A DNA stretch of 64,000 nucleotides from Sulfurospirillaceae bacterium (GCA_033723415.1 JAWVXD010000004.1:199028-263027), one strand, 5' to 3'. Counted from the stretch's first letter, positions 20,346-30,178 are shown. A program made the numbers and translations. The notes: a model not told the origin generated them from the letters alone.

Positions 20346-22242
20346 AGTATTTTATAAGATATATCATGGAAATTTAGCATTTTCGGCCATTGAGGAAGAA
20401 GCTCTTTGTGAAGTGATCGATAAGACGTATTTTGCTCTTCTTGTCCTTATTGAGACAGAAGGTATAAAAGTAGGCTTAGAACTCAGCGGTTACACACTGG
20501 AGAAAATCCAAGAACTGAGACCTTTGTGGATCAAACAATTTCAAAAACTACACAAAAAAGGACTTATTGAACTCATAGGTAGCGGTTATATGCAGATGAT
20601 TGCTCCTTTAGTCCCTTATGATGTCAATAAACAAAATCAACTGCTTGGATTAAAAGTATATAAAAATATTTTGGGCATAACTCCCTCTATAGTCTATGTT
20701 AATGAACAAACATTTTCTTTATCTCTAGTTGATTTGTATCATGAGACAGGATATAAAGCAATTGCTATGGAGTGGAATAATGCGTATGCACTGCACCAAG
20801 AGTGGCCAAAGCATTATGCTAATCAACCGGTATTAATCAAAGGATTAAAAAAGTCTATGCCTGTTTTGTGGACAGATTCTATCCTTTTTCAACAATTTCA
20901 AAGAACTGTGCATAATCAGCAAACCATAGATGACTATGAAGTTTTTTTTCAAGATTACTTACACAATGAATATAAATATGCACCGATCTATAGCTCAGAT
21001 ATTGAAATATTTAACTACCGTCCTGGAAGATTTGAAACTGAAGCGGTTATCGAACACGACGAATGGAAAAATATATCCGCATTATGCAAATTCATACAAC
21101 AACACGGCTCATTCGAGCTTCCCTCTCATGTCCTAGAAACAGGATTAAAATCTGATATCGTACTATCTTTAACAGATGCGTCAAAACCTATTTTGGTAAA
21201 GAAACAAGACAAATACTCTCTTAGCAGATGGGCGGCTTGCGGACATGATGCCAATTATATAAACACATTGGCTTTAAATTATTATCATACAATCGACAAA
21301 TCAAATCTAGAAGAATGGAAATTATGTTTGAAATATTGGGGGAGTGATTATCGAACACACACCACTCAAAAAAAATGGAAAGATGCAATAGCATTTCTGA
21401 CATCAAAGATACCAAACACTGACAAAGAAGTCGAAATAGGCAAAGATTGTCTCTATATAAATAAAATAAAAGATAAGCTTGTATTTGAAAAAGATGAGTA
21501 CAAACTTGTGTTCTTATCCAACAAAGGGCTTGCCTTAGATAGCATTGCTATAAAAAACAAAAAACTGCCTTTTGGAACCATGAAGCACGGAAGCCTGTCA
21601 AATATAGGTTACGTTGCCGATTTTTTCACCGGTTCAAGCGTCATAGAATCAGCCGCAACAAAAAAAATCACTGACTTGGTTTGCGTTGACAATTATCGAT
21701 TTGTAGCACTTGAGCAAGGAAGATTCAAGCTTAGTACGACTATTAATATGAAAGGTATCGCTACTGAATACAAGGCTTGGATCATTGATACAGAAAAAAA
21801 TTCACTCACCTTGCAGATAGAACTCCAACTTCATGAGTTAATACAAGGGAGCATACGCCTTGGGGCCTTCACATTAACCTCAGACAATACACAAGCTCCT
21901 CTTTGGTATAAGTGTAAAAATGGGGGAGAAGATTATGAACAATACAAACTAACTAATAAAAAAATAGACCAACATCTTTCTAAATCGCTGCTACAGAGTA
22001 GCACAAGCGGACTTGGGATAACAGACGGTACGATTATATTTGCAGAAGGCGAAAAAACAATCTTATCTTTAGATATCAATCAAAAATATTCATATCCTTT
22101 TGTGATGTTGCAAAACCATCCTGATTTTGATAAGAATCTCACAAGATTATTTTTTAGTCTCCAAGAAATTGATGATACACTCAAACATAATGAACAAAAA
22201 CTAAAAAGAAAACTCTGCTTGGAATACTCCATCAATTTTTAA
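20338..22242 (+). CDS. Glycoside hydrolase family 57 / deacetylase-like barrel protein of unknown specificity
   Basis: YHGNL.FSAI, ELSGYTLE, ELIGSGY.Q.I.PL, NEQ and SSDIE motifs resemble GH57-type conserved blocks. Confidence 0.6.
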   Translation: MSKVFYKIYHGNLAFSAIEEEALCEVIDKTYFALLVLIETEGIKVGLELSGYTLEKIQELRPLWIKQFQKLHKKGLIELIGSGYMQMIAPLVPYDVNKQNQLLGLKVYKNILGITPSIVYVNEQTFSLSLVDLYHETGYKAIAMEWNNAYALHQEWPKHYANQPVLIKGLKKSMPVLWTDSILFQQFQRTVHNQQTIDDYEVFFQDYLHNEYKYAPIYSSDIEIFNYRPGRFETEAVIEHDEWKNISALCKFIQQHGSFELPSHVLETGLKSDIVLSLTDASKPILVKKQDKYSLSRWAACGHDANYINTLALNYYHTIDKSNLEEWKLCLKYWGSDYRTHTTQKKWKDAIAFLTSKIPNTDKEVEIGKDCLYINKIKDKLVFEKDEYKLVFLSNKGLALDSIAIKNKKLPFGTMKHGSLSNIGYVADFFTGSSVIESAATKKITDLVCVDNYRFVALEQGRFKLSTTINMKGIATEYKAWIIDTEKNSLTLQIELQLHELIQGSIRLGAFTLTSDNTQAPLWYKCKNGGEDYEQYKLTNKKIDQHLSKSLLQSSTSGLGITDGTIIFAEGEKTILSLDINQKYSYPFVMLQNHPDFDKNLTRLFFSLQEIDDTLKHNEQKLKRKLCLEYSINF

Positions 22243-22339
22243 AGATAAAATATATGAAGGACTTAGATGATTTTAGATATCATTTTCGCATTTATCTTGC
22301 TATATAAAGCGCATTGCATAAATTTTAAAGGATGAGAAT

Positions 22340-23398
22340 ATGAAAATATTAGTTACGGGAGCAGCTGGTTTTATCGGTTACCATCTTTCTAAAAAACTTT
22401 TAGAAAGAGGAGATGAAGTCATAGGCATAGATAATCTCAATAATTATTATGATATAACTTTAAAATACGCAAGATTAAATGAACTTGGCATTAAAAAAGA
22501 AGAGATAAAAGACAATATCTTAGCTCCTTCAAAAACTTATTTAAAACATAAGTTCATCAAAATGGATTTAGTCGATCAAACAGCGCTGCTGAACCTTTTC
22601 AATACAGAAAACTTTGATGCAGTATGCAATTTGGCAGCACAAGCAGGAGTCCGCTACTCCTTAGAAAATCCTCATGCTTATATAGATTCAAATATAGTAG
22701 GATTTTTAAATCTTTTAGAAGCTTGTAGACACAATAGTATGAAAAATCTATGCTTTGCATCAAGTTCTTCTGTTTACGGGTTAAATGAATCTCAGCCTTT
22801 TAACACAAAAGATCATACGGACCATCCGGTCAGTTTATACGCTGCAACAAAAAAATCAAATGAGATGATGGCACATGCTTATTCTCATCTTTACAATATT
22901 TCAACTACCGGTTTAAGATTTTTTACCGTTTACGGACCATGGGGCAGACCGGATATGGCGCCTATGCTTTTTGCGGATGCAATACTACATGACAAGAGTA
23001 TTAAAGTATTCAATAACGGAGACATGAGTAGAGATTTTACATATATAGATGATATTATTGACGGCGTTGTTAAAGTGATTGACAATCCGGCGCAGGCAAA
23101 TAAAAATTTTAATCCAAAAGACTCAAATCCGGCTATTTCCTCTGCTCCTTACCGACTCTATAATATAGGCAATAACTCTCCGGTTAAATTGATGGATTTT
23201 ATTAGTATATTGGAAGATTCAATAGGCATCAAAGCCAAAAAAAAATATTTACCGATGCAAGATGGTGATGTTGTTTCCACATATGCCGACACTAATGATT
23301 TAATTCATGATTTCAGTTATAAACCTGAAACTGATTTATCCGAAGGGATTAGAAAATTTGTGGCATGGTATAAATCGTTTTATGGAGTAGAGATATGA
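22340..23398 (+). CDS. NAD-dependent epimerase, UDP-glucuronate 4-epimerase type
   Basis: [23 protein letters not shown] and [15 protein letters not shown] motifs. Confidence 0.93.
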   Translation: MKILVTGAAGFIGYHLSKKLLERGDEVIGIDNLNNYYDITLKYARLNELGIKKEEIKDNILAPSKTYLKHKFIKMDLVDQTALLNLFNTENFDAVCNLAAQAGVRYSLENPHAYIDSNIVGFLNLLEACRHNSMKNLCFASSSSVYGLNESQPFNTKDHTDHPVSLYAATKKSNEMMAHAYSHLYNISTTGLRFFTVYGPWGRPDMAPMLFADAILHDKSIKVFNNGDMSRDFTYIDDIIDGVVKVIDNPAQANKNFNPKDSNPAISSAPYRLYNIGNNSPVKLMDFISILEDSIGIKAKKKYLPMQDGDVVSTYADTNDLIHDFSYKPETDLSEGIRKFVAWYKSFYGVEI

Positions 23399-24564
23399 AG
23401 ATAGCAATAGTCGGAACAGGTTATGTTGGATTATCAAATGGTATTTTACTTTCTTTACACAATGAAGTGGTGGCGTTAGATATTATTCCCGAAAAAGTGG
23501 AAATGCTAAATAAAAAAATTTCTCCCATAGAAGACAAAGATATAGAAACATTCTTGCAAAGAGATGATTTAAACTTCAGAGCCACCCTCAATAAGGAAGA
23601 AGCATATATCGGTGCACAATATATCATAATAGCAACTCCAACCGATTATGATGAAAAGAACAACTGTTTTAATACAAAATCAATAGAATACGTTATCTCT
23701 GATATTTTAAATATAAATCCAAATACAACTATCGTTATCAAATCTACTATTCCTGTTGGATATGTCAAGAGTTTAAAAGAGAAGTTTAACATCGACAATA
23801 TAATGTTTTCACCGGAGTTCCTAAGGGAAGGTTCCGCTCTTCATGACAATTTATACCCAAACAGAATAATAGTAGGAGAGAAAAGTGAACGTGCTGAAAT
23901 ATTTGCACATCTTCTTGCTAAAAGTGCTATTAAAAAAGACATTCCCATCCTTTTCACTGATTCAGATGAGGCTGAAGCGATAAAACTGTTCGCGAATACA
24001 TATCTTGCTATGAGGATTGCGTATTTTAATGAGCTTGATTCTTACGCTCAGTTACGCGGTCTCGACACACAACAAATCATAGAAGGCATTGGATTAGACC
24101 CAAGAATAGGGATGTATTATAACAACCCAAGCTTTGGATATGGAGGATATTGTTTACCAAAAGATACAAAGCAGTTATTGGCAAACTACTCTGATGTGCC
24201 AAATAATATTATAGAAGCAATTGTAAAATCAAATAGTACGAGAAAAGATTTCATAGCAGATAGTATATTGGCTATGAATCCAAAAACCGTTGGTATTTAT
24301 CGTCTCGTTATGAAATCCGGTTCGGATAATTTTAGGAGTAGTGCCATCCAGGGGATCATGAAAAGGATCAAAGCAAAAGGCATAGAAGTTGTCATCTATG
24401 AACCGACTTTTCAGGAAAATTTATTTTTTAATTCAAAAATTATAAAAGATTTGGAAGAATTTAAAATCATATCTGATGTCATCGTAGCAAATAGAATCTC
24501 TGATGATATTAGAGATGTATCAGATAAAATATATAGTCGAGACATATTCAATAGTGATAGTTGA
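23395..24564 (+). CDS. ugd: UDP-glucose 6-dehydrogenase
   Basis: [25 protein letters not shown] and KSGSDNFR motifs. Confidence 0.95.
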   Translation: MKIAIVGTGYVGLSNGILLSLHNEVVALDIIPEKVEMLNKKISPIEDKDIETFLQRDDLNFRATLNKEEAYIGAQYIIIATPTDYDEKNNCFNTKSIEYVISDILNINPNTTIVIKSTIPVGYVKSLKEKFNIDNIMFSPEFLREGSALHDNLYPNRIIVGEKSERAEIFAHLLAKSAIKKDIPILFTDSDEAEAIKLFANTYLAMRIAYFNELDSYAQLRGLDTQQIIEGIGLDPRIGMYYNNPSFGYGGYCLPKDTKQLLANYSDVPNNIIEAIVKSNSTRKDFIADSILAMNPKTVGIYRLVMKSGSDNFRSSAIQGIMKRIKAKGIEVVIYEPTFQENLFFNSKIIKDLEEFKIISDVIVANRISDDIRDVSDKIYSRDIFNSDS

Positions 24565-24599
24565 GTGCAATAAATAGAAGTAATTTTAGGGAGTACTAA

Positions 24600-26603
24600 A
24601 TGAATCAAATAGAACAAAAAGCTATAGAAACTTTTCAAAACAATTTATCGCTTTTATCGGAAAAACATCCGGAAGTTTTTAGAAAAGTAGATATTTTAAA
24701 TCAAGCTATTGAAAATGGCTCTTACAAAGAACGATATGCGCTAGAATACAAAGATGGGTATTTTGATATTTTAGATACTGTTACAAATGATTGGCTATAT
24801 GGAAGTTCAAGCATAGATCAAGCTAAAAAAGCTGCAAAAGATATAAATTATAAAAAAAGTACCGGAGTAATTGAAACATTTTATAACTACAATTTTACAG
24901 AAGAGGCAATACAAGCAGCAAATAAAGAAGATCCTACCGCTTCACCGTTTGTTCTAACAGCCCCTGTGATCGGATTTGTTGGTAAACTTATTGACAAAAA
25001 TACGATCATGAAGCATATCTTCAAATTCATATTTTTTGGAGCGGGATTAGGAGTTCATCTTCAAACCATACATGAAAAGATAGAAGCGCCTATGTATCTT
25101 ATCATAGAAGATAATCTTGAAATTTTCAGATTATCCTTGTTTGTGACAGATTATTCAAAGATAGCAGATAACAGTGAACTTTATTTTAGTATTATGTCTC
25201 AGGATGATGAATTCAAACAGGTGTTCGACACATTTTATCACAATAGCTTTATAAGAAACAATTACATAAAATACTCGGTTTTTTATCAGCACTACAGAGA
25301 GAAGATAAGTAAAATCCAAAATTTCATAGTGACTCAATCAAGCAATACTTACCTTCACGATAAACTACTGATGAAAAATATACGTACCATCCAAACTATC
25401 CACGACAAATATAATTTTTTGGATGTCTCAAAACATCATAACGAGAATGCGACTTTTTCAAAAAGACCAATCATCCTCGTAGCTGCAGGGCCTTCACTGA
25501 CGAAGGAAATCAAGTGGCTCAAACAAAATGCTCCTTTTGCAATCATTGTTGCTCTTTTTATGATCGTTCCCACACTTGAAAAGCATGGTATAAAACCTGA
25601 TATAGTCATACATATTGATGAAGGATCGTTTGCTGTACAACAAACTTTAGAAAACGTCAACAATAGTTTCTTTGCTGACAACATACTTTTGTTGGCTCCA
25701 AGTGTGGATATGACAATATTTTCAAACCTCACCTCAGAAAAAAATATTTTCGTATTTGAAGATAGAACACGATATAGGTTCAATAAAGGATATCTAGAAT
25801 CTTTTAGTGTCGGTGAAATAGCCTATGCATTATCTCTTATATTTGGAGTAAAAGATCTGTATCTTTTAGGTTTGGATCTCGCACTGGATGCACAAACCAA
25901 AAAAACTCACGCAGGCGGACACTTAAATGAAAACTCTCAAGCTAATACAAAAGATGCCGCTTCTTCAGAAGTTGTTTCATTGAGAGATAGTGAATTTATC
26001 ATCAAAGGAAATTTTCAAGATCTTGTTCCTACCACTCCTTTATTTGAGATGTCGATACATGTCTTAAATGATTTTACAAAAAGATTTAAACAAGCATATC
26101 AAAATATTTACAACCTCAGCGACGGGGCATATTTCACAGATACTATTCCGACAAAATCCGATACGGTTGATCTATCGTCATATGGCAATAAAAACAGTGT
26201 TGTCCTAAAAGAAGAACTTCACGATTTTTTTATGAAAAATGCTTCAAAAGAGATGGATGAAGATGAAAGAAATGCTTTCGAAGAAAGAATCAAAGAGACA
26301 AAAGACAAAAGAGAAATGGTTCTCAAATTTGCAGGGCAAAGATATCCTTCTATGGATCAATTTAGAGAAGCATTTGTTGAAACCGCAGGGCATTTAATCT
26401 CAACTCAGGATGAAAAAACCAGTGAGCTTGCCGGAATATTTATAATATATCTTGAGAATATCGGCGGATATATTGGAGACTTTTTTAACACCGAAAATAT
26501 TGAAAATCCAAAAAGGAACATCAAGCACTTTCAGAAAATTATCGTTTCTCAGTTATTAAAAATCATAGATAAATATTTAAGGATTTTAGAAGAGAAAAGT
26601 TAG
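24600..26603 (+). CDS. Motility-associated factor (Maf) flagellin glycosyltransferase
   Basis: AAGPSL, GIKPD and LLGLDLA...THA motifs of the Maf/DUF115 family; adjacent to flagellin. Confidence 0.85.
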   Translation: MNQIEQKAIETFQNNLSLLSEKHPEVFRKVDILNQAIENGSYKERYALEYKDGYFDILDTVTNDWLYGSSSIDQAKKAAKDINYKKSTGVIETFYNYNFTEEAIQAANKEDPTASPFVLTAPVIGFVGKLIDKNTIMKHIFKFIFFGAGLGVHLQTIHEKIEAPMYLIIEDNLEIFRLSLFVTDYSKIADNSELYFSIMSQDDEFKQVFDTFYHNSFIRNNYIKYSVFYQHYREKISKIQNFIVTQSSNTYLHDKLLMKNIRTIQTIHDKYNFLDVSKHHNENATFSKRPIILVAAGPSLTKEIKWLKQNAPFAIIVALFMIVPTLEKHGIKPDIVIHIDEGSFAVQQTLENVNNSFFADNILLLAPSVDMTIFSNLTSEKNIFVFEDRTRYRFNKGYLESFSVGEIAYALSLIFGVKDLYLLGLDLALDAQTKKTHAGGHLNENSQANTKDAASSEVVSLRDSEFIIKGNFQDLVPTTPLFEMSIHVLNDFTKRFKQAYQNIYNLSDGAYFTDTIPTKSDTVDLSSYGNKNSVVLKEELHDFFMKNASKEMDEDERNAFEERIKETKDKREMVLKFAGQRYPSMDQFREAFVETAGHLISTQDEKTSELAGIFIIYLENIGGYIGDFFNTENIENPKRNIKHFQKIIVSQLLKIIDKYLRILEEKS

Positions 26604-26685
26604 TCAGCTAGACAAAGCCTCAACTAACTAACTTCCAATCAGATCATTGCCGTGTAGTAATGATCTGATTTCTACTAACGTAGAA
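26597..26685. terminator. Cluster of three hairpins between the convergent maf and flagellin genes
   Basis: 26597-26634 (pairs via G-U on the minus strand), 26637-26670 AATCAGATCATT...AATGATCTGATT, 26670-26685 TTCTAC-taac-GTAGAA. Confidence 0.65.
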
Positions 26686-26723
26686 GTTTAAGCACGTTTT
26701 CAAAAAAACTTATTTAAACCTTC

Positions 26724-27872
26724 TTATTGAAGAAGTTTTAAAACGTTTTGTTGAACAGAATTTGCTTGACTCATCGCATAACTTCCTGATTGTGCTAGGA
26801 TGTTATGTTTTGAAAAGTTTGCCGATTCTGCTGCGAAATCCACGTCACGGATACTAGATGCCGCTGCCGTTACATTAACTTGAGTTACGGAAATATTATT
26901 GATCGTTGACTGAAGTTGATTTTGAACAGAACCAAGACTAGATCTGATGGCATTAACATCGCTTAATGCATAACTAGCAGTAAGGATAGCTTTTTGAGCA
27001 TTAGCTTGTGTTGTAACATCAACTTTACCTAGGTTATTTTTTAAACCTGCAGTTACAGTTGCTGCTAGTCCTGTACCACCAGTAGAACTAACTTTAAAAG
27101 TAGATGTAGCATCCAATCTTACAGTATAGTGTCCTGTGCCGGCTGTAGTTTCTATTGCACTAGCATGTACACCACCGCCTACATTTTGAGACTTTGCATT
27201 GAAAGCATCAACAAGAGCTTGAGTATTTTGCAATGAAGTATTACCTGTTGTGTTTGAAACAGTAACACTAATTGCTACTCCGGCAGCATTTGTAACAGTA
27301 AGCGTATGAGATGTTCCACCTGTTGTACCGATCGCAGTTGTTCCATCACCTAAAGCAAACTTACCTACTGCAGCTACTTGTGCATCGCTAACACTAATTC
27401 CTACAGTCTCACCGCTTGATGCTCCTACCTGAAAACTTTTATCATGGAAAGCACCATTAAGTAGTGTTTGACCGTTGAAAGATGTAGTTGAAGCTATGTT
27501 TTGTGCTTCTTGTAACAACTTTGAAATGTCACTTTGGATCGCAGCTCTTGATGCTGCAGATTGACCGTCAGAGGCAGCTTGGATCGCTTTGGTGCTTATT
27601 GTATTGACGATATTAGTATATTCATTCAATGCACCATCTGCTGTTTGCGCCATGTTGATACCGTCATTTGCATTTTTTATCGCCTGTCCCAAACCATTGG
27701 CTTGTGATTGAAGATTGTTTGCAATTGACAAACCTGATGCGTCATCTGCCGCTTTTGTGATTCTCAAACCTGAGCTTAGTCTTGAAAGTGACTGATTCAA
27801 GCCTGTGTTGTTCTGTACAGCATACATGTGAGCGGTCATAGCCGCAACGTTTGTGTTAATTCTGAATCCCAT
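26724..27872 (-). CDS. flaA: Flagellin (epsilon-type, sigma28 class), short Thr/Ser-rich variable region
   Basis: MGFRINTN, RLSSGLRI, IRDVDFAAESANF and QQNVLKLLQ motifs; flaA label rests on the sigma28 promoter. Confidence 0.9.
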   Translation of the reverse strand: MGFRINTNVAAMTAHMYAVQNNTGLNQSLSRLSSGLRITKAADDASGLSIANNLQSQANGLGQAIKNANDGINMAQTADGALNEYTNIVNTISTKAIQAASDGQSAASRAAIQSDISKLLQEAQNIASTTSFNGQTLLNGAFHDKSFQVGASSGETVGISVSDAQVAAVGKFALGDGTTAIGTTGGTSHTLTVTNAAGVAISVTVSNTTGNTSLQNTQALVDAFNAKSQNVGGGVHASAIETTAGTGHYTVRLDATSTFKVSSTGGTGLAATVTAGLKNNLGKVDVTTQANAQKAILTASYALSDVNAIRSSLGSVQNQLQSTINNISVTQVNVTAAASSIRDVDFAAESANFSKHNILAQSGSYAMSQANSVQQNVLKLLQ

Positions 27873-27917
27873 GATAAATCCTTTTATCTAAAATTTTCAG
27901 TGGCTTCCTTGCCATTG
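27873..27917 (-). promoter_or_regulatory. Two GGA-loop hairpins in the flagellin 5' UTR (CsrA-type sites)
   Basis: Minus strand TGGC-AAGGAA-GCCA and GATAAA-AGGA-TTTATC, the second containing the SD. Confidence 0.75.
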
Positions 27918-27926
27918 ATGAAAATA

Positions 27927-27953
27927 AAATCGACAGTGTCAAGAAAAAGTTTA
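27927..27953 (-). promoter_or_regulatory. sigma28 (FliA) promoter of flagellin
   Basis: Minus strand TAAA-ctttttcttgacact(15)-GTCGATTT. Confidence 0.85.
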
Positions 27954-27984
27954 TAGTTTGAATTATCTAAAATTTCTTTTTTTC

Positions 27985-27993
27985 TGGTACAAT
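27985..27993 (+). promoter_or_regulatory. Extended -10 promoter element for topA
   Basis: TGgTACAAT preceded by a T-rich tract, about 40 nt before the ATG. Confidence 0.5.
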
Positions 27994-28034
27994 CACAGAA
28001 AAGTTTTATACATAATCACATATATAGGTAGAAG

Positions 28035-30104
28035 ATGAAAAATTTAATCATAGTGGAATCACCGACAAAAGCTAGAACTATTAAAAATTTCTTAGGTAAA
28101 AACTATTCAGTAATAGCTTCTAAAGGACATGTAAGAGATTTGCCAAAGAGTAGTTTCGGCATCAAAATAGAAGACGACAAGTTTACACCGGAGTATCGAA
28201 CACCAAAAGATCATTCTGCCATAGTAAAAGAGATAAAAGAGTTGGCAAAAAACGCAGATACTATATATATAGCAACGGATGAGGATAGAGAGGGAGAAGC
28301 GATAGGATTTCACATAGCAACGGCTATAGGAAAAAATCCTGAAGAATTACCTCGTATAGTATTTCATGAAATAACACAAACTGCTATCAAACATGCACTT
28401 GAAAATCCAAAAAAACTTGATTTTTCAAGCATAAACGCACAACAAACAAGAAGATTGCTAGATAGGATAGTCGGTTATAAATTGTCTCCATTGCTCGCTT
28501 CCAAGATACAAAAAGGATTAAGTGCAGGGAGAGTTCAATCCTCTAGCCTTAAAATAATAGTAGATAGAGAAAAAGAGATAAGAGCTTTCAAACCTGTAGA
28601 ATTTTGGAGTATAGATGCACTTTTCAATAAAAATATAGAATCTTCTCTTGTAGAATTTGACGGTGCTAAGATAGACAAGATGACAATCAGTATGGGAGAT
28701 CGAGCCAATGAGATAGTATCTAGGCTCAAAGATGAGAATTTTCATGTCTCAAAGATTGAGAGAAAAGAGAGAAAAAGCCAAACCAATCCTCCTTTCATGA
28801 CCTCGACACTACAACAAAATGCCTCCAGTGTTCTGGGATTTTCACCTAAAAAAACTATGATGCTGGCACAGACTTTGTATGAAGGTGTTAAAACGCATCA
28901 AGGGACTATGGGTGTTATCACTTATATGAGAACCGACTCTTTAAATATAGCAGAAGTTGCTATAGATGAAGCTAGAAAACAGATATTAGAACAATTCGGA
29001 GACAAATATCTGCCAAAAAAACCAAAATACTATAAATCTTCTAGCAAAGGTGCACAAGAAGCCCATGAAGCAATTCGACCAACCGTACTTGATTTTACGC
29101 CTGAGATTGCCAAAACATACTTGAGTGCAGATGAATTGAAACTATATACCCTGATCTACAATAGATTTTTAGCTTCGCAAATGAATGATGCTTTATTTGA
29201 ATCTCAAACACTTATATTTGAAAGTAAAAGCGGAAAGTTCAAAGCAAGCGGAAGAAAGCTTTTATTCGATGGATTTTATAGAGTTTACGGTGCCAGCGAC
29301 AAAGATAAACTGCTACCTGATCTAAAACAAGGTCAAGAAGTAAATTTAAGTAAAATAGATGCAAATCAACATTTTACAGAACCTCCTGCCAGATTTTCTG
29401 AAGCAAGTTTGATCAAAAAACTAGAATCTCTAGGTATAGGAAGACCATCTACTTATGCACCGACAATATCTACTTTGGTCGCTAGAAGCTACATAAGCGT
29501 AGAAAAAAAACAGATAATCCCAAGCGAGGTCGCATTTAGCGTGACAGATATGTTAGAGAAAAATTTTCCAAATATAGTAGATTCCTCTTTTACTTCCGAA
29601 ATGGAAGAGAAACTTGATCTTATAGCTGAAGACAAAGCAGACTGGCAAAAGACCTTAAGTGACTTTTATGGTCCGTTTATATTGAAGGTAGAAGAAGGAA
29701 AGAAAAATATAAAAAGTCAAAAGGTCGTAATCCCTACAGGTGAGATTTGTCCGGACTGTGGCGCAGAATTAGTAAAAAGAAAAGGACGTTTTGGAGAATT
29801 CATATCATGCAGCACTTTCCCAAAATGCAAATATACAAAAAATTTAGGTAAAACAGAAAAAAAAGCAGTAGTTACTTTGGATGTCAAATGTCCTGAATGC
29901 GGTGGCGATATAGTAGAAAGATTCTCAAGAAGAGGAAAATTCTTTGGTTGTGCAAATTATCCAAAATGCAAATTTATATCAAATTACGAGCCAACAAATA
30001 GAAAATGTTCAGAATGCGGTGAGATGATGGTCACAAGAGAGCTTCGAAAAAAACAGATTTTTGAATGCATCAAATGCAAACACAAAGAAGACGCAGATGC
30101 CTAG
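28035..30104 (+). CDS. topA: DNA topoisomerase I
   Basis: IVESPTK, ATDEDREGE, SAGRVQS, ITYMRTDS, GIGRPSTY motifs; three C-terminal C4 zinc ribbons. Confidence 0.98.
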   Translation: MKNLIIVESPTKARTIKNFLGKNYSVIASKGHVRDLPKSSFGIKIEDDKFTPEYRTPKDHSAIVKEIKELAKNADTIYIATDEDREGEAIGFHIATAIGKNPEELPRIVFHEITQTAIKHALENPKKLDFSSINAQQTRRLLDRIVGYKLSPLLASKIQKGLSAGRVQSSSLKIIVDREKEIRAFKPVEFWSIDALFNKNIESSLVEFDGAKIDKMTISMGDRANEIVSRLKDENFHVSKIERKERKSQTNPPFMTSTLQQNASSVLGFSPKKTMMLAQTLYEGVKTHQGTMGVITYMRTDSLNIAEVAIDEARKQILEQFGDKYLPKKPKYYKSSSKGAQEAHEAIRPTVLDFTPEIAKTYLSADELKLYTLIYNRFLASQMNDALFESQTLIFESKSGKFKASGRKLLFDGFYRVYGASDKDKLLPDLKQGQEVNLSKIDANQHFTEPPARFSEASLIKKLESLGIGRPSTYAPTISTLVARSYISVEKKQIIPSEVAFSVTDMLEKNFPNIVDSSFTSEMEEKLDLIAEDKADWQKTLSDFYGPFILKVEEGKKNIKSQKVVIPTGEICPDCGAELVKRKGRFGEFISCSTFPKCKYTKNLGKTEKKAVVTLDVKCPECGGDIVERFSRRGKFFGCANYPKCKFISNYEPTNRKCSECGEMMVTRELRKKQIFECIKCKHKEDADA

Positions 30105-30178
30105 TCTTCTTCTCAAAAAGAAAGCTTTAGTGAAAGGAATTTTTAAAGATTTTACATCTTTAAAAAGGAAAAATTCAT

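Noticed and set aside
22285..22301. sigma54-like TTCGCA-N6-TTGCT upstream of the epimerase
   Set aside because: The invariant -24 GG is CG; at best a decayed site
11794..27872. Phase-variable homopolymer tracts typical of Campylobacter glycosylation loci
   Set aside because: No long poly-G/C tract seen; A-runs such as that near 23237 are in frame and expected in AT-rich DNA
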